A stretch of DNA of 64,000 nucleotides from Takakia lepidozioides (Eukaryota > Plantae > Bryophyta): positions 36,828,001 through 36,892,000 of the forward strand of contig CM060734.1 in assembly GCA_030704615.1 (NCBI GenBank), written 5' to 3'. The translations under genes and the position numbers were made by a program. The notes below the pieces were generated by a model. The model was not told the DNA's origin. It saw only the letters and a list, made by a program, of their open reading frames with translations, and did not search any database. This document shows, piece after piece, positions 37,678-51,400 of the stretch; position 1 is the first letter of the stretch, and every line of letters starts with the position of its first letter.

Positions 37678-38113
37678 TCCATGAGCAATGAGCAGGTTTT
37701 GCCGAACAGTGCCGAACTTAAGGGAATATTTATGGAATATATTAAATATTCAAAGAATATTCTTTTGAACCAGTGCCGAGCCTATGTCGAACCAGTTCGG
37801 ACCACTTTCGAACCTATGGGAGTGTTCGGCGCTGAATAGTGCCGGCACCTACGTTTTTTTTTTGTTTTTTTTTTTTTTCCCTTAGATTTTTTTTTTAAGT
37901 GTATGAAATGGTGTTCGGTGCCGAACCTTCAATATTTGAGGGTTTATATGCACTATAAAATTAGTAAAAATCTCAATCGGAATCCAAAATGAGAATATTC
38001 TATAAACCGAACCTATCCCGAACCTCGAACCTATCCTGAACCTGGAAGTAGTTCGGCAAAACAGGTCCGGGCGGTTCGGTGACGTTTGGCAAAACCTGCT
38101 CACTACTCATGGA
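37678..38113. mobile_element. MITE-like element with about 30-bp terminal inverted repeats
   Basis: TCCATGAGCAATGAGCAGGTTTTGCCGAAC (37678-37707) matches the reverse complement of 38084-38113 with 3 mismatches. Many internal CCGAAC/GTTCGG repeats. TSD not resolved. Confidence 0.7.
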
Positions 38114-38149
38114 TTTTCAGCCCCCTACTTGGGGTTCTTGTTGTAGAAA

Positions 38150-39850
38150 AGGATTTGGAATCAGATGGGGAATTCGAAAGTGATGATAGTGATTTTGATT
38201 TTGATCATATTGAAGAGGCTATGTGAGAACCAACCGAGAAACTGCGGATGAACCAAATTTGGAAGATTTTTGTGTGGACATTGGTATGCATAATAATGAA
38301 CTTGGTTTGTATGATGGCAGAATTGGCCAGCAAGTGACATGTTCAAGGACGACATATGGAATTCAAGTTGTGAGCTAATTCCCAAGGTAATATGGATTGG
38401 GGGGGTTGTTGGGGGTAGACTACCTTTGGGCGAAAATGCTAGGCCGATTGATTTTTTCAATCTGTTTTGGCCCATACTCATCATGCGTAAAATTTGCATT
38501 GTGACAAACCTATATGCTTCCAGGAGGGAAGACACAAGGGGGGGAGGTCTTGGTATCTTGTGACAGTGAGGGAAGTGAGGGTCTGGTTGGCTGTTCATAT
38601 TCTTATGGGCTGAAGAAACTTCCTAATACTAGGCTTTACTGGAAAACAAATCATGAATTCTTCCGGTGCCCATCTATTGGCAAGATTATGAATAGGAACC
38701 AATGGGAGGCCGTCCTACGATGCATCCATCTGGTTGATAATGAGCATGTTGTTATGGACAGTGCGCAGCCTGGTTATGATAAACTTGCTAAGACATGCTG
38801 GCTAAATGATGCCCAAAACTCCCTGTATGCACGTTACTATCGACCTGAACAAAACCTTTGCGTGGACGAGATGATGGTAAAATATAATGGGAAATATGCC
38901 AAAATCCAGCACTATCTACCCAAAGAACTTGTGAAGTGGGGAATTAAAATCTGATGTTTGGCTAATGTAATGTCTAAGTATGTTCAAAAAATGGAAGTGT
39001 ACTTGGGCAATGATGATGAAATAGATAAGACCCATGGCATGGGGTATGCAGTACTAACTCGGCTTCTTTTTGTTTTCAAAGGTCGTGGGCATATTGTGAC
39101 TATGCATAACTATTTTTCCAATTCAATTCTGTTTCATGACTTCCAGGTTGCCAAGGGCATATATGCCACTGGCAGTACTCTCAAAACGAACCATTTGGGA
39201 TACCCTTCCTATTTGGAATTAGGGAGAGGTGGTGAGAGAGGGAGGTTGTTGTGGAGGATTCACATTTCTAGGAAAATGTGTGTTGTGGCATGGTATGACC
39301 AGAAACCCTGTGAATTTACTTTCTACTGATGTGAGCTTTGTGGATACATCTTGCTTCGTGAGGCGCTGGCACAATGGTGGTAGACGGCTTGTGCCCACCT
39401 CCCCTGTCCTAAAACATTACCAAGAGCACATGAGAGGAGTGGATGTGCACGACCAATTGCGGGGTTATTATATATAGTGTACAGACCCATGACCACAAAT
39501 GGTGGCAAAAGCTGTACTTCCAGTCTGTTGACACAAGTTTGGTAAATGGATATATTTCGTACCAGCTAGAATTCATGAGATCAAGGGGACGGACACCACG
39601 TTCGACACATCTACCTTTCAATTTCGAGGTGACTAATGGGTTGGTTGAAGAATGGGTTGGTCCATAGACAACAGTAATGCCAGGGGCTGCTGTACCGAAT
39701 CCGGGAGGCATACATTACTCCCTCAGAAGCCTTAGGAGGAGGAATTATGCCTCATGTGGTGCTAAGCAGAGGTACTTCTGTTCCATGTGTGGAGATGTGC
39801 CTCTCTGCTTAGGGGCCTGTTTTGTGAGGCATCACAGTGGCATGTGAATA
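38150..39850 (+). mobile_element. piggyBac-type (PGBD) transposase pseudogene
   Basis: Acidic N-terminus, IDFFNLFWP, IMNRNQWEAVLRCIHL, LCVDEMMVKYNG, KWGIKI, VTMHNYF, WYDQKP, YQEHMRGVDVHDQLRGYY, KWWQKLYF and a Cys-rich tail CSMCGDVPLCLGACFVRHH. Stops and frameshifts; termini not found. Confidence 0.9.
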
Positions 39851-40948
39851 CAAAATTCTAATTATAGGGGGCTGCGCCGCTGCAGAGAGGTATGTGCTTC
39901 TGTTGCAACTGCCAGATGAGCATGTGGGCTGCAACAACAGCAGCCCATTTTGGTACGATTGTGGCAACTTTTAGTTGTAGAGGAACTGGCCACAATATAG
40001 TAAATAGCTATAGGAGTTATACTGGGTGGGTGTTGCTGCAAGAAACTTGATAAGTTTATGAATTCTCATATGCTAGCTGGAGCCGGCTCTTCACCCTGTG
40101 TTAGTAATGAAGAATAGACACTACATAGGAGTAGTGTAATCCCCTTACCAAGCGGGGGTTCTCCCTCCTTGTGTTCATATATGGACTGCCAAAAGGGCAA
40201 TGATATGGGTTCAAATCCCACCCATGTACAGCTTGTTGCAAGCACATTGAGGCTGGTGGCCATTAAGGGTGAATCTCACAAAGAGGTCTGGACAAGATGG
40301 AGCTCTGAAAGTCATATCAAGTGCATGTGCTTCACGACCAGTAAAATTTATCCCCCTTGCTTTGACCAAACTCCTTGGGCTGAGTTCTTGGCCAATTGGC
40401 CTAATTCTTTCATAGATAGGTGCAGCACCTCCCACACATGAAACACTCTGTCCACCTTGAACCTCAACGATTTCGAATCAGTTGTCTCAAATCTTCAAAT
40501 TTCCCCATTTTACGGAAAGTAAAAATGGCACTTGGCCCAAAACTTTTGGCCCCACCTGCATTTCTGCAGATGTGGTCCGATTGGCCCAAAAATTGGCCAC
40601 AAATTGTCGGGTTAAAATTTCCGAAATGTCAGTGATTAATAGGAAATTACAGTGATTTTCCTGGTAGGGGGTCACCTTTTGGGTAAAAGGTCAAAGTACC
40701 CTGCGGGCGTTTAGACTCCAGACTAACATCAGTTTTTCAACGCCAGCGTCATTGGCCAAAAGTTATGGCAGTAGATTTCAGCGAAGGCAGGGTCTACCCC
40801 TACAATTACAACATGGTGTCCCGCTTCATACGCCTGCAAAAGACGGGGTTCTAATGGGCTGACGTTTAGCCACAACCATTCACGAGGTGCGCGGTAGGGC
40901 GAAGTTAAGGCTCATCCATGGCTGATTCTGTTTCCAGAAACAAAAAAA

Positions 40949-43900
40949 TTACACAATCGTCGTTGGCTCAAGACACTGCCAGTGTGGAAGCCAGTGTGGA
41001 GGCAGAGGAGCCTCAACGCCGACTGGACCACTGGAAGGGGCATCAGGCTGCTGTAGATGGCGTGCAACTGTCACCATCTCTAGAACGTGATCTACTATCA
41101 CACCGTCCACCCCATCTTGCTCCTGCTTGTGTAAAGCTTCGGCAACGTTGCTGCACACACACATAAATGGAATTATGACAAATGGAATTAGCTTCCAAGA
41201 TTGTTCCCTATTGTCAGAATGGCTCAATCTTGTCTAGTGTATCATAGGCCATTGTCTAGATTGATGGTAAGATCGTTATAGACCTGTTTACAATTGTGTG
41301 AGGAAGAATAATTACTCCAATTACATTGGCATATGTAAGAATTTATCTATGCATTCCACATGGCATATTAAATAATCGGCGACGTTCCTCTTGCAGTTCT
41401 GTCAAATAAAAGCGAACTGCTGGAGCATCTGGATGATATCATTTTAACTAGTTTACCCGACATGTACCACAGTTATTAATATACACTATTGCGATTTGGA
41501 AGTACTCACTTGAGCTCGCCATAAGTGAAGAGCCATAGGCCTGCATTCTTGACAAGCTTGACGAGACTCGAATCTTGTAAAACTGCCCTCACTTCTGTCA
41601 CAATGCCTTGCAAATTGCCTGGAAACGTTAACCGATCAATATACATGTAAGACTGAAGTCCTCCAACTGCCATATAAAGTAACAAAAGCCTGACAAGGAA
41701 AGTAGATTGAACAATGTTTACCACACCCCTCATTGATTTATGTATCGCAGAAGATCTTCCTCTAGCAAATCCAGCAAAATATGATGTCTAGGCACAATCT
41801 GTCTTAATTCATTCTTGCCATTCCAACACTGCACGGATAATTTCGGTCAAACTAATGAGGCTATATAACCGATGTCTCATCAGCGAACCCCTGGTGAACG
41901 TCAGCTGTCGAAGGGAAGCTTACTAACGCACCTTGTTGGCAAACTTCAATCGCACTTTGAATTGAATTCCTACGTTCATCTTTATAGGTGTGGACACCTC
42001 CATCGGTAAGGAAAAACACCTGCGACAACCAAGAGACCCCGCTAATGAGAATGCTGCAAGACCAGTTTTTAAGCTAGATTCTTCCCCAAAGCCCCGGACA
42101 TTTCTAAAATATCTGGAGGGCGCTCAGTATTCTTTCATCAACTACAGAAGGAAGGGAGATCGATACTCTTAGTTCAACTCAAGGCAAACTAGTGGAAACT
42201 ATTCCGGAACCACAGCCACTCCAACTTGTCGATATTCGAAGTCGGTTGCGCAAAAGATGTCAACACTTACTGGGTACATAGATTGCTCTTTTCGGAGTAT
42301 AGAAACAGCGTCAGGATGGAAGCTGGAAAAGTAAATCTTCCGTCCGTTTGCATGATGCCTCACATTCTGTACGGCCAGAACCCAAAAACACCGCGTCATA
42401 AATACCAGTTGGAAACTACAGGGACCCGATAGCTAAGCGCCAGATCATAACTGAGAATGATTGAGACCCACATCTGACAGATTCTTGATCTCGTGGAGAC
42501 TAGAAAATCACCAATACCAACTAACATCAATGCAGATCACAGTGCAATTTCCAACAGAGACTTCAGCCTCACTTCTATGATAGGAGTAATGACACGCCGC
42601 AGTTCAAGATCGGAGGACACATCATGATCATCAAATTTGACTTCGATGTTGAAACCCACGGGATGAACATTCTCAAATGCCTCCTGAAGCGTGCAAAGAG
42701 AATCCTCCAGAGTTACAGTCCACAAACCCAGCGATCCATCAACAGCCTCCCGGTAGAGAGGTTTTCCCACCTGACAATTGAAACCAGGTGGCAGTCCCCA
42801 CCAATATTAGTACACAGAAACGTCAAATTTCAACAGTGATATCTTCATAGTACTTCAAATCGTAATGTGGATACAGGTGATGGCCTCAGCGTACAAATAC
42901 AGGGGTGCTTAACTACCGTTGAGCAGATAGCCCGGCAGTTCTAGCACCCTAATTACGAACTCTTGCTTTATGTTGGATACAAAATTATATATGCACTGGT
43001 TAGGGACGCGGAAGATAGGCCCTGCGCGAAGACCCAATTTGCTGGTAGCCGGATGTGTCAGGTGCTTTGATGCTCAAGAGCTAGGTACTACGTCACGATC
43101 AATCGCTAAACATTTGAAGACGAAGACCAATCCCGAAAGATATCCCTGAAAGGATAATCTATTGACAGGCCTTTCATTACCTCTTCTTGGATGCATGGCA
43201 GGACAGCGTTAGACTATTTCATTAAATTCGTTCCGCTACATGATTCACCCAAACGATTAGGATAATACCAGCTATTTCTTCAGATAATTCAGAACAGCAT
43301 TTCCACAATTTTGACAGACCAGGGGGACAGCCAGTACAAACTTTGTACAGTTGCCAACAAAAACAGGAGAGGTTGTCACCTTTTTTTCAGAATCCCTTTG
43401 GGGTCCCATGCCAAAAAATTCTTCTACGGTGATGTCTCCGATTTTCCTGGGAATCTGCAGGTGTCCAAGTTGATTTTACTACATCTAGATATACGACTAG
43501 ACTGAGCGCAATCAGAAGCGAGCCTGAAACATGTCCAGACATAGCTCAGATTTCTTCACATAAGGGTTTTTAGATTGTATTCCCTGCATATGTATACTAA
43601 CCATCAAGATTTCAAGGACTAAACTTACCGAATATATGGATCTTGCAAGCAAAGTTCCACCTCTATTGAAGTCCGGTATTCCTAAAACTAAAACGAAGTG
43701 AGCTGAGAGAGAAGACGGAGACCAGTACCTTATCATCGGTAATGATATAATCATCGTGAAAAATGACAGGATGTCCATCCTTGGTTACCTGGCCATCCAA
43801 TCAAATTTTTAACTAGTCATGACTATGCGTCAAATCTCCTGTAATAAAAAAGAGACGAATCTCAATATATGCCACATGTGTACAGGAAGATCGCAGATCA

Positions 43901-44645
43901 TATAAGACGAGATAATCGCAGTCTATAAGATCTGTAAGCTATTACCTGGACATCAAATTCCACAAAATCGGCGCCGTTGTGGGTAGCCAAATTGAAAGAC
44001 GTGATTGTGTTTTCTCGGACTGAAGCTCTAGCATCGGGAATTTCTCCATGAACCAGTTTCTTATTCTTCCCACAGCCACGATGGCCAACGACACATAGCT
44101 TTCTCTGACTCTCTCCATGTGCATTAAACTCTGTACAACAACAGCAGACTTTACTGATCTACTCAAGACCGGCAGTGGACTGAACATTCTCTAGATAAAA
44201 CGTGAAGACTGTCTCTGTCCTTACTGATAATCAGTCCGTAAGAGCAGAGTATTATTGTCAATAAAATTCAAACGGTGATGAGTGGATTAAGAGAGTTCAC
44301 ATAATATCCTGATCTTAGCAATTGTGCTACGAATTCGAAGTAAAATCAAACAAGAGTCCCCTGTAGAGAAAAGCGAGAATAGGGTCAATGGTCCAACCTT
44401 ATTCTATCTTAGAAAGTGTTAGTCAGAACTGACTCGTTTACAAGAGTTTAGAGTATTGAGGAAAGGCCTCGGAAAGGCTTACCTCTCAAGAAATCAGGAA
44501 AGAACAGGCTGGTGTATTCGCCATCAGGGACACCCGACATTCCAAGATCCAATGCCGATAGTAACAGCATTGAGGAATTCGTCTGTGGTTCTGGCGTTTC
44601 TGTCTGCGACGCAGCTGCACAAACGAGTTGAACGTCAGCCTCCAT
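40949..44645 (-). CDS. Glycerophosphodiester phosphodiesterase, GDPD1-like; complement(join(40949..41150,41510..41618,41932..42019,42271..42366,42573..42770,43380..43454,43729..43788,43946..44130,44483..44645)), 391 aa
   Basis: Nine phase-compatible exons give VVGHRGCG, RENTITSF, FVEFDVQVTKDGHPVIFHDD, GFNIEVKFDD, FSSFHPDA, TYGELNN and GVDGVIVD. Confidence 0.92.
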
Positions 44646-45330
44646 TGATCAATATATTCAAGCCTAGGTAACGTGATGCTTCCTCAGACAGATTGTACAC
44701 AAAACCTGCCATTGATAAGTACTCCTACTTAGACAATCGGAAAGATAAAGGATGTCATATTTCTAAGCTGGCGCGACAAAAATGAACTGCATTCTAACTT
44801 CACTTGAAAACTCTGTGTAACCTCCTCTTGCTACCACATCATAACAAGCTCTATCCATGATCAAGTGAAATGGAAGGTAGCTGATTGTTGAATAAAATCG
44901 AAAGTCCCCAGGAACAAAACGACTTAATGAACAGGCAAGACATGCGCCCCTGAATGCTGGGAAGAACCACAAACCGTTCCAAAATGTATTGGTCAAGTCT
45001 TTACCAGCTTCAATCGGGAGAGACATTCGCACTCTCTTGCTCAGAGTCCCGGAGCCGAACTTCGCCTTGATCGACGCAAGAGAAACGCATGAGTCACTCA
45101 AGAACTTCCCCGGAGAAAATTTATAAAGAGACACGCTCAAAGAGAGCGGGAAAAATTTGAGCAACTTGACAGACAGCGAGGTTGAAGGCGAACACAATTT
45201 CTCCAGAATAAGTGGTTGCGCTTCAGCCGGCGACGCAGCAAGGAGATGCGAGGGGGTACAGCAGTCCATGGCACCAGAGTTCCTAGTTCTCCAGAGATCC
45301 AAGGCATCGGCAGCGTGATGCGAGGGATCG

Positions 45331-45986
45331 GCATATTCGTAACTGCTACCTCAGCATATGCTGGTCAGCGCATCTCCACATGTGCGCTTTTCAGACATCT
45401 TCTTCCCTCACTTTCCTGATTTGTCACGCGTTCCTTGGTCTGTCACCTTTGCTACGACGTGTGGATCCAAGTGTCGACAATATCTACACGCAACTACAGT
45501 ATGGAGCTAGCTTGAAGAATTATGACTTCTACGTCGGTGGCGGTCACGTGATGCAGGTGCGTATGTGGAACAGTGGAGGCAAAGCAGGTAAACTGACCAA
45601 CCACTGCTAGCCCATCACTCTAAGGAGGGATGGTCCCCACTTTCTTCTCATTGAAAAACACCAGAGACAAGAAGGATGGCCAAATATGCGGTCACATGAT
45701 CTGTACCAATCTGGGCCCGCCATCCAATATCCATAAGCGGCAAATCTTGAAACAGTTATTATCCAATTATGTGTAGCTGGGGCTCCTCGCCAGAGCCTTC
45801 CTTGAAGGTTTGAGATCGGAGAGGTCTGTCTGGGGCTCGAAAACCAAGAATGGGCTCCCTGAAAGGACAGCACTAGCCCGCCATGTCGCCCTCAATCCTT
45901 GGCGCCACCACTTCTCGGTGTGTCAGCGACTTTCTTTGGAAATTTGGAAAACAGCACGAGTGGCTACAGGAAATAGCCGTATATTC
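45331..45986. promoter_or_regulatory. Three P1BS (GNATATNC) phosphate-starvation elements upstream of GDPD
   Basis: GCATATTC at 45331-45338, GCATATGC at 45354-45361 and GTATATTC at 45979-45986. Confidence 0.65.
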
Positions 45987-48475
45987 TGTTTATCCATTGA
46001 AATTTGGATAGAATCACTTTACTCTGTACTTTCATCCATTTACATCATCCATATTTGGCGATAGCATCCATAATTTATTCTTTATTTGGAGAAGTTTGGC
46101 GATTCCATCCATGAAGAAACAGGCTAAAAAATGTGAGTGTACACAGATATGTCGAGTTTAGGAGAATTTCGAAAACTAACAGTAAAGAAAACCAGAAATC
46201 TATGAAGCCCAAGGGGAGCCTTCCAAAAGGCCCCACACATGTCATATCCTACAAACCCCTACTCCATACACTGACTACCCAAGAAAACACTCTAGTCCCA
46301 CTCCCTTGGGGGCTCTCCATTGTTTTTTCCAATGCTACGTCTATCTTCCTACCCGCCCCTCCACTTGGTCATGCTATCTTCTCACGGGCGGACTTTTTTA
46401 AATGAAAAAATAAAAAAGAAAAAACACTTGGGCTACATACTACACAACTTGGTCTCAGTTACATTTTCAGATGGTCATTACATTGTTGGCTACAAGAGCA
46501 TCTTGCAAGCCTACAAAATGATCAAATCGTACGTAAAGTGGTTATGTAAGTGTAAGATCCCAACAGACCAGATTATGGTCTCTGGTCAACTTTTAATCAC
46601 CCATATTTCCCTGCGCATATAGCTAAACCATAAAACTTTTATCTGTAATTTCACAACTAGTGGCAGGCCATCCAAATTATTTCATATTTGTTTTTGTATT
46701 TCTTAGAAGGCCTGCCTGAAAATACATTATAACCCTAGTCCAAAGGAGCCTGTGCTATACGTAAAGAATTTTTAAGAAAATTCCTTTGTAGAATATAGCA
46801 AGGGGTGTAGCTCCTCACTTGGGTCACTTACCCTACACAATTGCATAAAATCCATGAAAGGGAACCCAATAAGGGCCCCAGGTTTGAAGTTGCGGCTCCC
46901 CCTTCTCAACCTCCCATTTTCTCACCAGCCCTCTGTTTGTAGGGGTTTGACACCATAACCCCTCTGACCAAACGGCCAGTCACCTCAACCCCGGCCTACC
47001 AAACACCTTGGCCAGGCAGGGTACCCACCAGCCAAGGGGGCCAGCAGGCACAGAATCTCTCTTTATATTTTGATGCCGTTTCTTGGATTTTGGTCTTTGA
47101 ATGGCGGCGTTGGAAAGCTCTCAATTGAAAAGGGTGCATAGGACGGACATTAGGGGTTAAACAGAAAATTTCCTTACGTGATACACAACCCGCAGTCACC
47201 ATTTGGGAAATTTGCAACAAAGTGTAGTAGTGGAGTTTTTGCTACCCATCCTTGACTGCCTGCCACTACAGAGCAGCAAGAAAAACAACCCCAAAATTTC
47301 TGAAACTCGGTGCGAAGGCGGGTTATCTGCTGCAGAATGTACTCCCCAAAAAGGTTTGTAATTTAGGAAAATTAGATTGTTTGGCTCCAAAAACTACTAA
47401 GAACTTTTTTGCTGTCCCCTACTATAATCTCCCAACTTATATGGTGGAAATACTTCTGAGATTTGTTGAGGACAGTGTAGCTTACCAAGGTACTAGCTCA
47501 CCTTCTATAGTCAATTTTCATTTGACTTTTGGAAAGTTATAAACTTTATGTGGCCGGAGGTCCAGCCTTGACTGTTTTTGCAGTGTTTGCAAAAAAGTGC
47601 TTAGGACATTACTGAGGGTTCCCCTATAACATACATTGGAAAGGCATATATGGAAAGGTATTCAAGGACTTCACAGCCTCACTACAAAATCTTTTTGTTG
47701 GGAGATGGAGGAGGGAAAGGAACTGTACAGAATGGCGGAGTTTAAAACTTGCCTGTATATAATTTCAGCATTGTTTTTGGGAGGGCATATTTCGATTGAC
47801 GAAAGAGTAAATCTGTAAATCTCCACCCCCCTGTGTTTGACTTGAGATCTTGACTTGTTGAGCAGGACCTCTGAAGAGACCATCATCTGCGATTGTGTGT
47901 GGGCCACTCTTCAGACACTGCCAGATTTTGAACATATTTCAATTGTGCTCAATATGCCATATGCCAAAGAGCACCATGGCGGTGATCATCTGATAATATA
48001 ACACTTGAAATGCTTCAAACTCCAGAAGATGACAAGCATCAGACTCTCTCACACCATTCTTTGAGGATCTAGAGCCACTGTATTTCGGCAGGTCCTCTCA
48101 CTTATTACTGAATGCTCTAGTAGGAAAAAAAGAATGGTTCCCGAAATTTAGTTTGGGAATGTTTCAGAATCACTAACTGCATCAGTAACTGAAACCATTA
48201 CTTCACATGGAGGACCAGCTAAGCGCCTTATCCATCAGAAAACAAAGTGCACGGTGCCACCGATAAAATGGATGGCTTATAATCTAGTGCAGCAACCTCT
48301 GAAGATTCACCAGCTGATCAATTACCTAGAAAATGTTTTTCAAACTGACACAACCTTCCAACCTAAATCAGATGATGACCTTGAACAGGAAGCACCCTGA
48401 CTTTCATTGACGTACTTGGTGCTTGGTCCCTGCATGCAAAGTAGGTTTCTGCCACAAATCTAAGCTGCAAAAAAA

Positions 48476-51400
48476 TTACAAGAAGCTGGTGCTCAAGGCT
48501 AGATCTCGAAGGTTTCCCAGCACATGCGCTCGTGTGGTGCCAATTTGGCGTGCTATCTCCAATTGCTCATCCAACGCCAACATTTCATAGCTGTATACAG
48601 AAAGAGCTGAAGTCAGAACCATCATTTGCATAACAAAGGGGGTGCACCAGACAAAAAGTGGATCAACAAGATTCAACAAAGATGAAATAGTGAGCAAAAA
48701 TGGGGACATGCCCCAATGGCATCACGTTTTTGCTAACCATGGTTGAGACAAGGCCCTTGGATACCTTGAAACTAAGTCTTTGAATAAAATAACAAGAAAA
48801 AGCCGAGAACCTGGTCTCACACTTCGATACCCTTTTCTTTTATCCTTCAATACAATATCCAGCTGGTCTCGTTCGTGCTGCTGAAGTGGCTACCTCACCT
48901 CTGTCAGCTTTGCTAATTTACTTTGGAGAACACGGGTCTTACTGGCTTAAAAGCTCGCAGTCAACAATGTTATCAGGGCCAGGCCTATGGGCTCGCCCAT
49001 CACAACGGAACTGGCGGAATGCTCGGGGATTCAATCCCGCAACATGGGGCACAGAGTCAACCAGCTTCCTTTGCAAGGTTTGCAACCGTCGAAAAGTTAA
49101 TTCATCCACTGGGGCCAAGTAATTAATCCCGCCGTCCAGGGTGCCAAACAGGACAGCAAATCGGTTTGATCTTGACGCATTTCCAGTGGGCAGCATTTGC
49201 AACCGCAGAAATTTGGTCACATGGGCGCCAAGATGGAATTCCGCTCTTGGCAGCAATTTCTGACCCTTCCAGCTTTCCACACTTTTGGGAGCATATGACA
49301 ATATCTGGAACACCTGTAGTTAGCACCGAATCTTGGCCATAGAGAAAGTCAACAGTAGCCTATTTTCTGTCTCTCTCACCTTGTTTGCACTCTCTCTCTC
49401 TGTAGTCCCACTTAGTCTTTCACAAAACCACTTTTCATTGATAAGTACTTGCAGAGGGACAAACCATACTCAGGCCGTAGAATGCCCAAGGCTGAAATAA
49501 ACCTCAGAAAGAAAGATCATTGGGAGAGAAAAACAAACAAGCAAGAAGAAACAGATAAAACAAACTTGTCATCAAGGCTCAATCTAGCAAGCAGCATTTC
49601 CTTCGGCCATCTCGCATTCTAAGTGGCCAGTCCACTCAAAAGTGAAATACAGTGCACCTAAGCCAACTCTTGTATAGACAGAGGATGAGAAATGGATGGG
49701 TGTTGAAAGAAGACATCCTGCACAATTTGTTGGACAAGTTCAACTCATGGCAACAAGAAGACAGTCAGTCCACGTAACTAAACCTCCTGAGAGCAAATGT
49801 TCAGACCAGATACCTGCAGGTTCTTGCGACTGTCAGAGACCAGCAGACTAAGTGTGCTACCATCTATCAGAAACTCAGTGGTGTAGCAGTCCAGCGGTCC
49901 GAAATCCTTTGCTAAGAGTGTCAGCTGGGCACCATCCTCCCTCCAGGACAAGAAGTAGATGCTTTTATGAATGTCACCAAACAGCACGAAGTTCTTCACC
50001 TGCAATTTCAGAACTTGTTACTGCTCCACATACTCTCTCTCCTACCAAGGTTGGCACAGCAAAGCCCAAAGTCTGCTTAGCATGCAACATACTGAATAAG
50101 AAACGGTGCATCACGTAACAAAGGTCAACCAGCAAACTTTACATTCACCCAACATAGCTGTGAAGCTTATAGATGTTAATAACAACCCTATAGACACATA
50201 AACAAAAAGGCAACCTGTATAATATGGTATCTACATCTGTAGATGCAACTGCTGTGATATATGAACCAGTTAATAAAAGCTTAATCAGTAGTCTGATGCA
50301 TTAATGTTCTTGCTGTCACACCACTTCAGTGCCCTGGAAATAGAATTCATGATCTCAACAAAGAGCTTTGGAAAACCGTTGCAGAAATGTGAGCTATGAA
50401 GACTTACAATGTTAAGGCTCACAACATAGAGGGGGGCATCGAAGAAGGCCGCACCGTTGAGTTCGGATCCATTCCAGGTATGAAGAATGATCTTGGGGCC
50501 AATGGCAACCAGAAGGTGGCCCTGTAATGATGCAATTGCTGATATAGCCCCCTTGAGCTCCTTGGAATAAATTTCCCTAGCCTGCACGAGTTATTATTCC
50601 GTTCAGATCTAATATGACACAAGCCTCATGTAGGAAAAGAGTTTTAGCTGTGAGGACCAATCTTAATACATACTACCTGACTCTGCTCATTTGACTCGTA
50701 ACTAGTCATACAACCTAATTAACGAGATATAAATTGGAAAGATGAATGTAGGATCAGAAACATTTTACAGACCTAAAAGCCACTAATCTCCTCACTAATA
50801 CACAGTAAATTCTGCAATGTTCCTTGAGGTGCATGTGTTTGGAGGAGAATCGACATACATACCCATGTGGAGGGGTCGTTCGGATCTTGGCCAACAGATA
50901 CAAGTATGATACGGCCTTTTGCAGCAACATCCTCCCCTTGCACATAAGCTGTGCCTATGGCAAGCATAGTCTCTGTCTGCTCTGTCATCAGGTTCTGACC
51001 ATGACCCACAACAACCACCACTCAGCCAGGTTGTTAAGTCAATCACTACTAGTAACTATGTACGAATGGGCTCCTTGACTGACAAGCCAAGGCACACTAG
51101 GCCAATCTAGGTCCTCCTCCTTCCCTACCATCAAAGGAAAGGATACAAAACAAAGAATAAACATTATTCCCACAATTCATACCAGGGACACAAATCTACC
51201 ATGGTAGAGAAGCTAGATAGAGTGTCAACAGTTACAGACAAATGAGTTGATAGCCAATACTAGGGGAGAGTCACAGCCATCCTGTTCTACTAGAGCTTGG
51301 AAAACAACATTACTGATACCTAGAGTACATAGTATAGAGAAGATGAGGTCAAGTGAGGCCGACTGTGAGAATGTATGTGGAAAGGAGGGACGTGGCGGCC

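Noticed and set aside
40180-40225. tRNA/SINE-like box B (GGGTTCAAATCCC) with an upstream TGCCA
   Set aside because: No convincing box A, cloverleaf or shared SINE body.
44763-45302. 179-aa ORF upstream of GDPD
   Set aside because: No homology cues. It most likely spans the GDPD 5' UTR and leader intron.
46100-47620. Repeat-like intergenic block resembling 21960-22480 and 40400-40760 in style
   Set aside because: Probably non-autonomous transposon debris, but I could not define termini, a TSD or a reliable alignment by eye.
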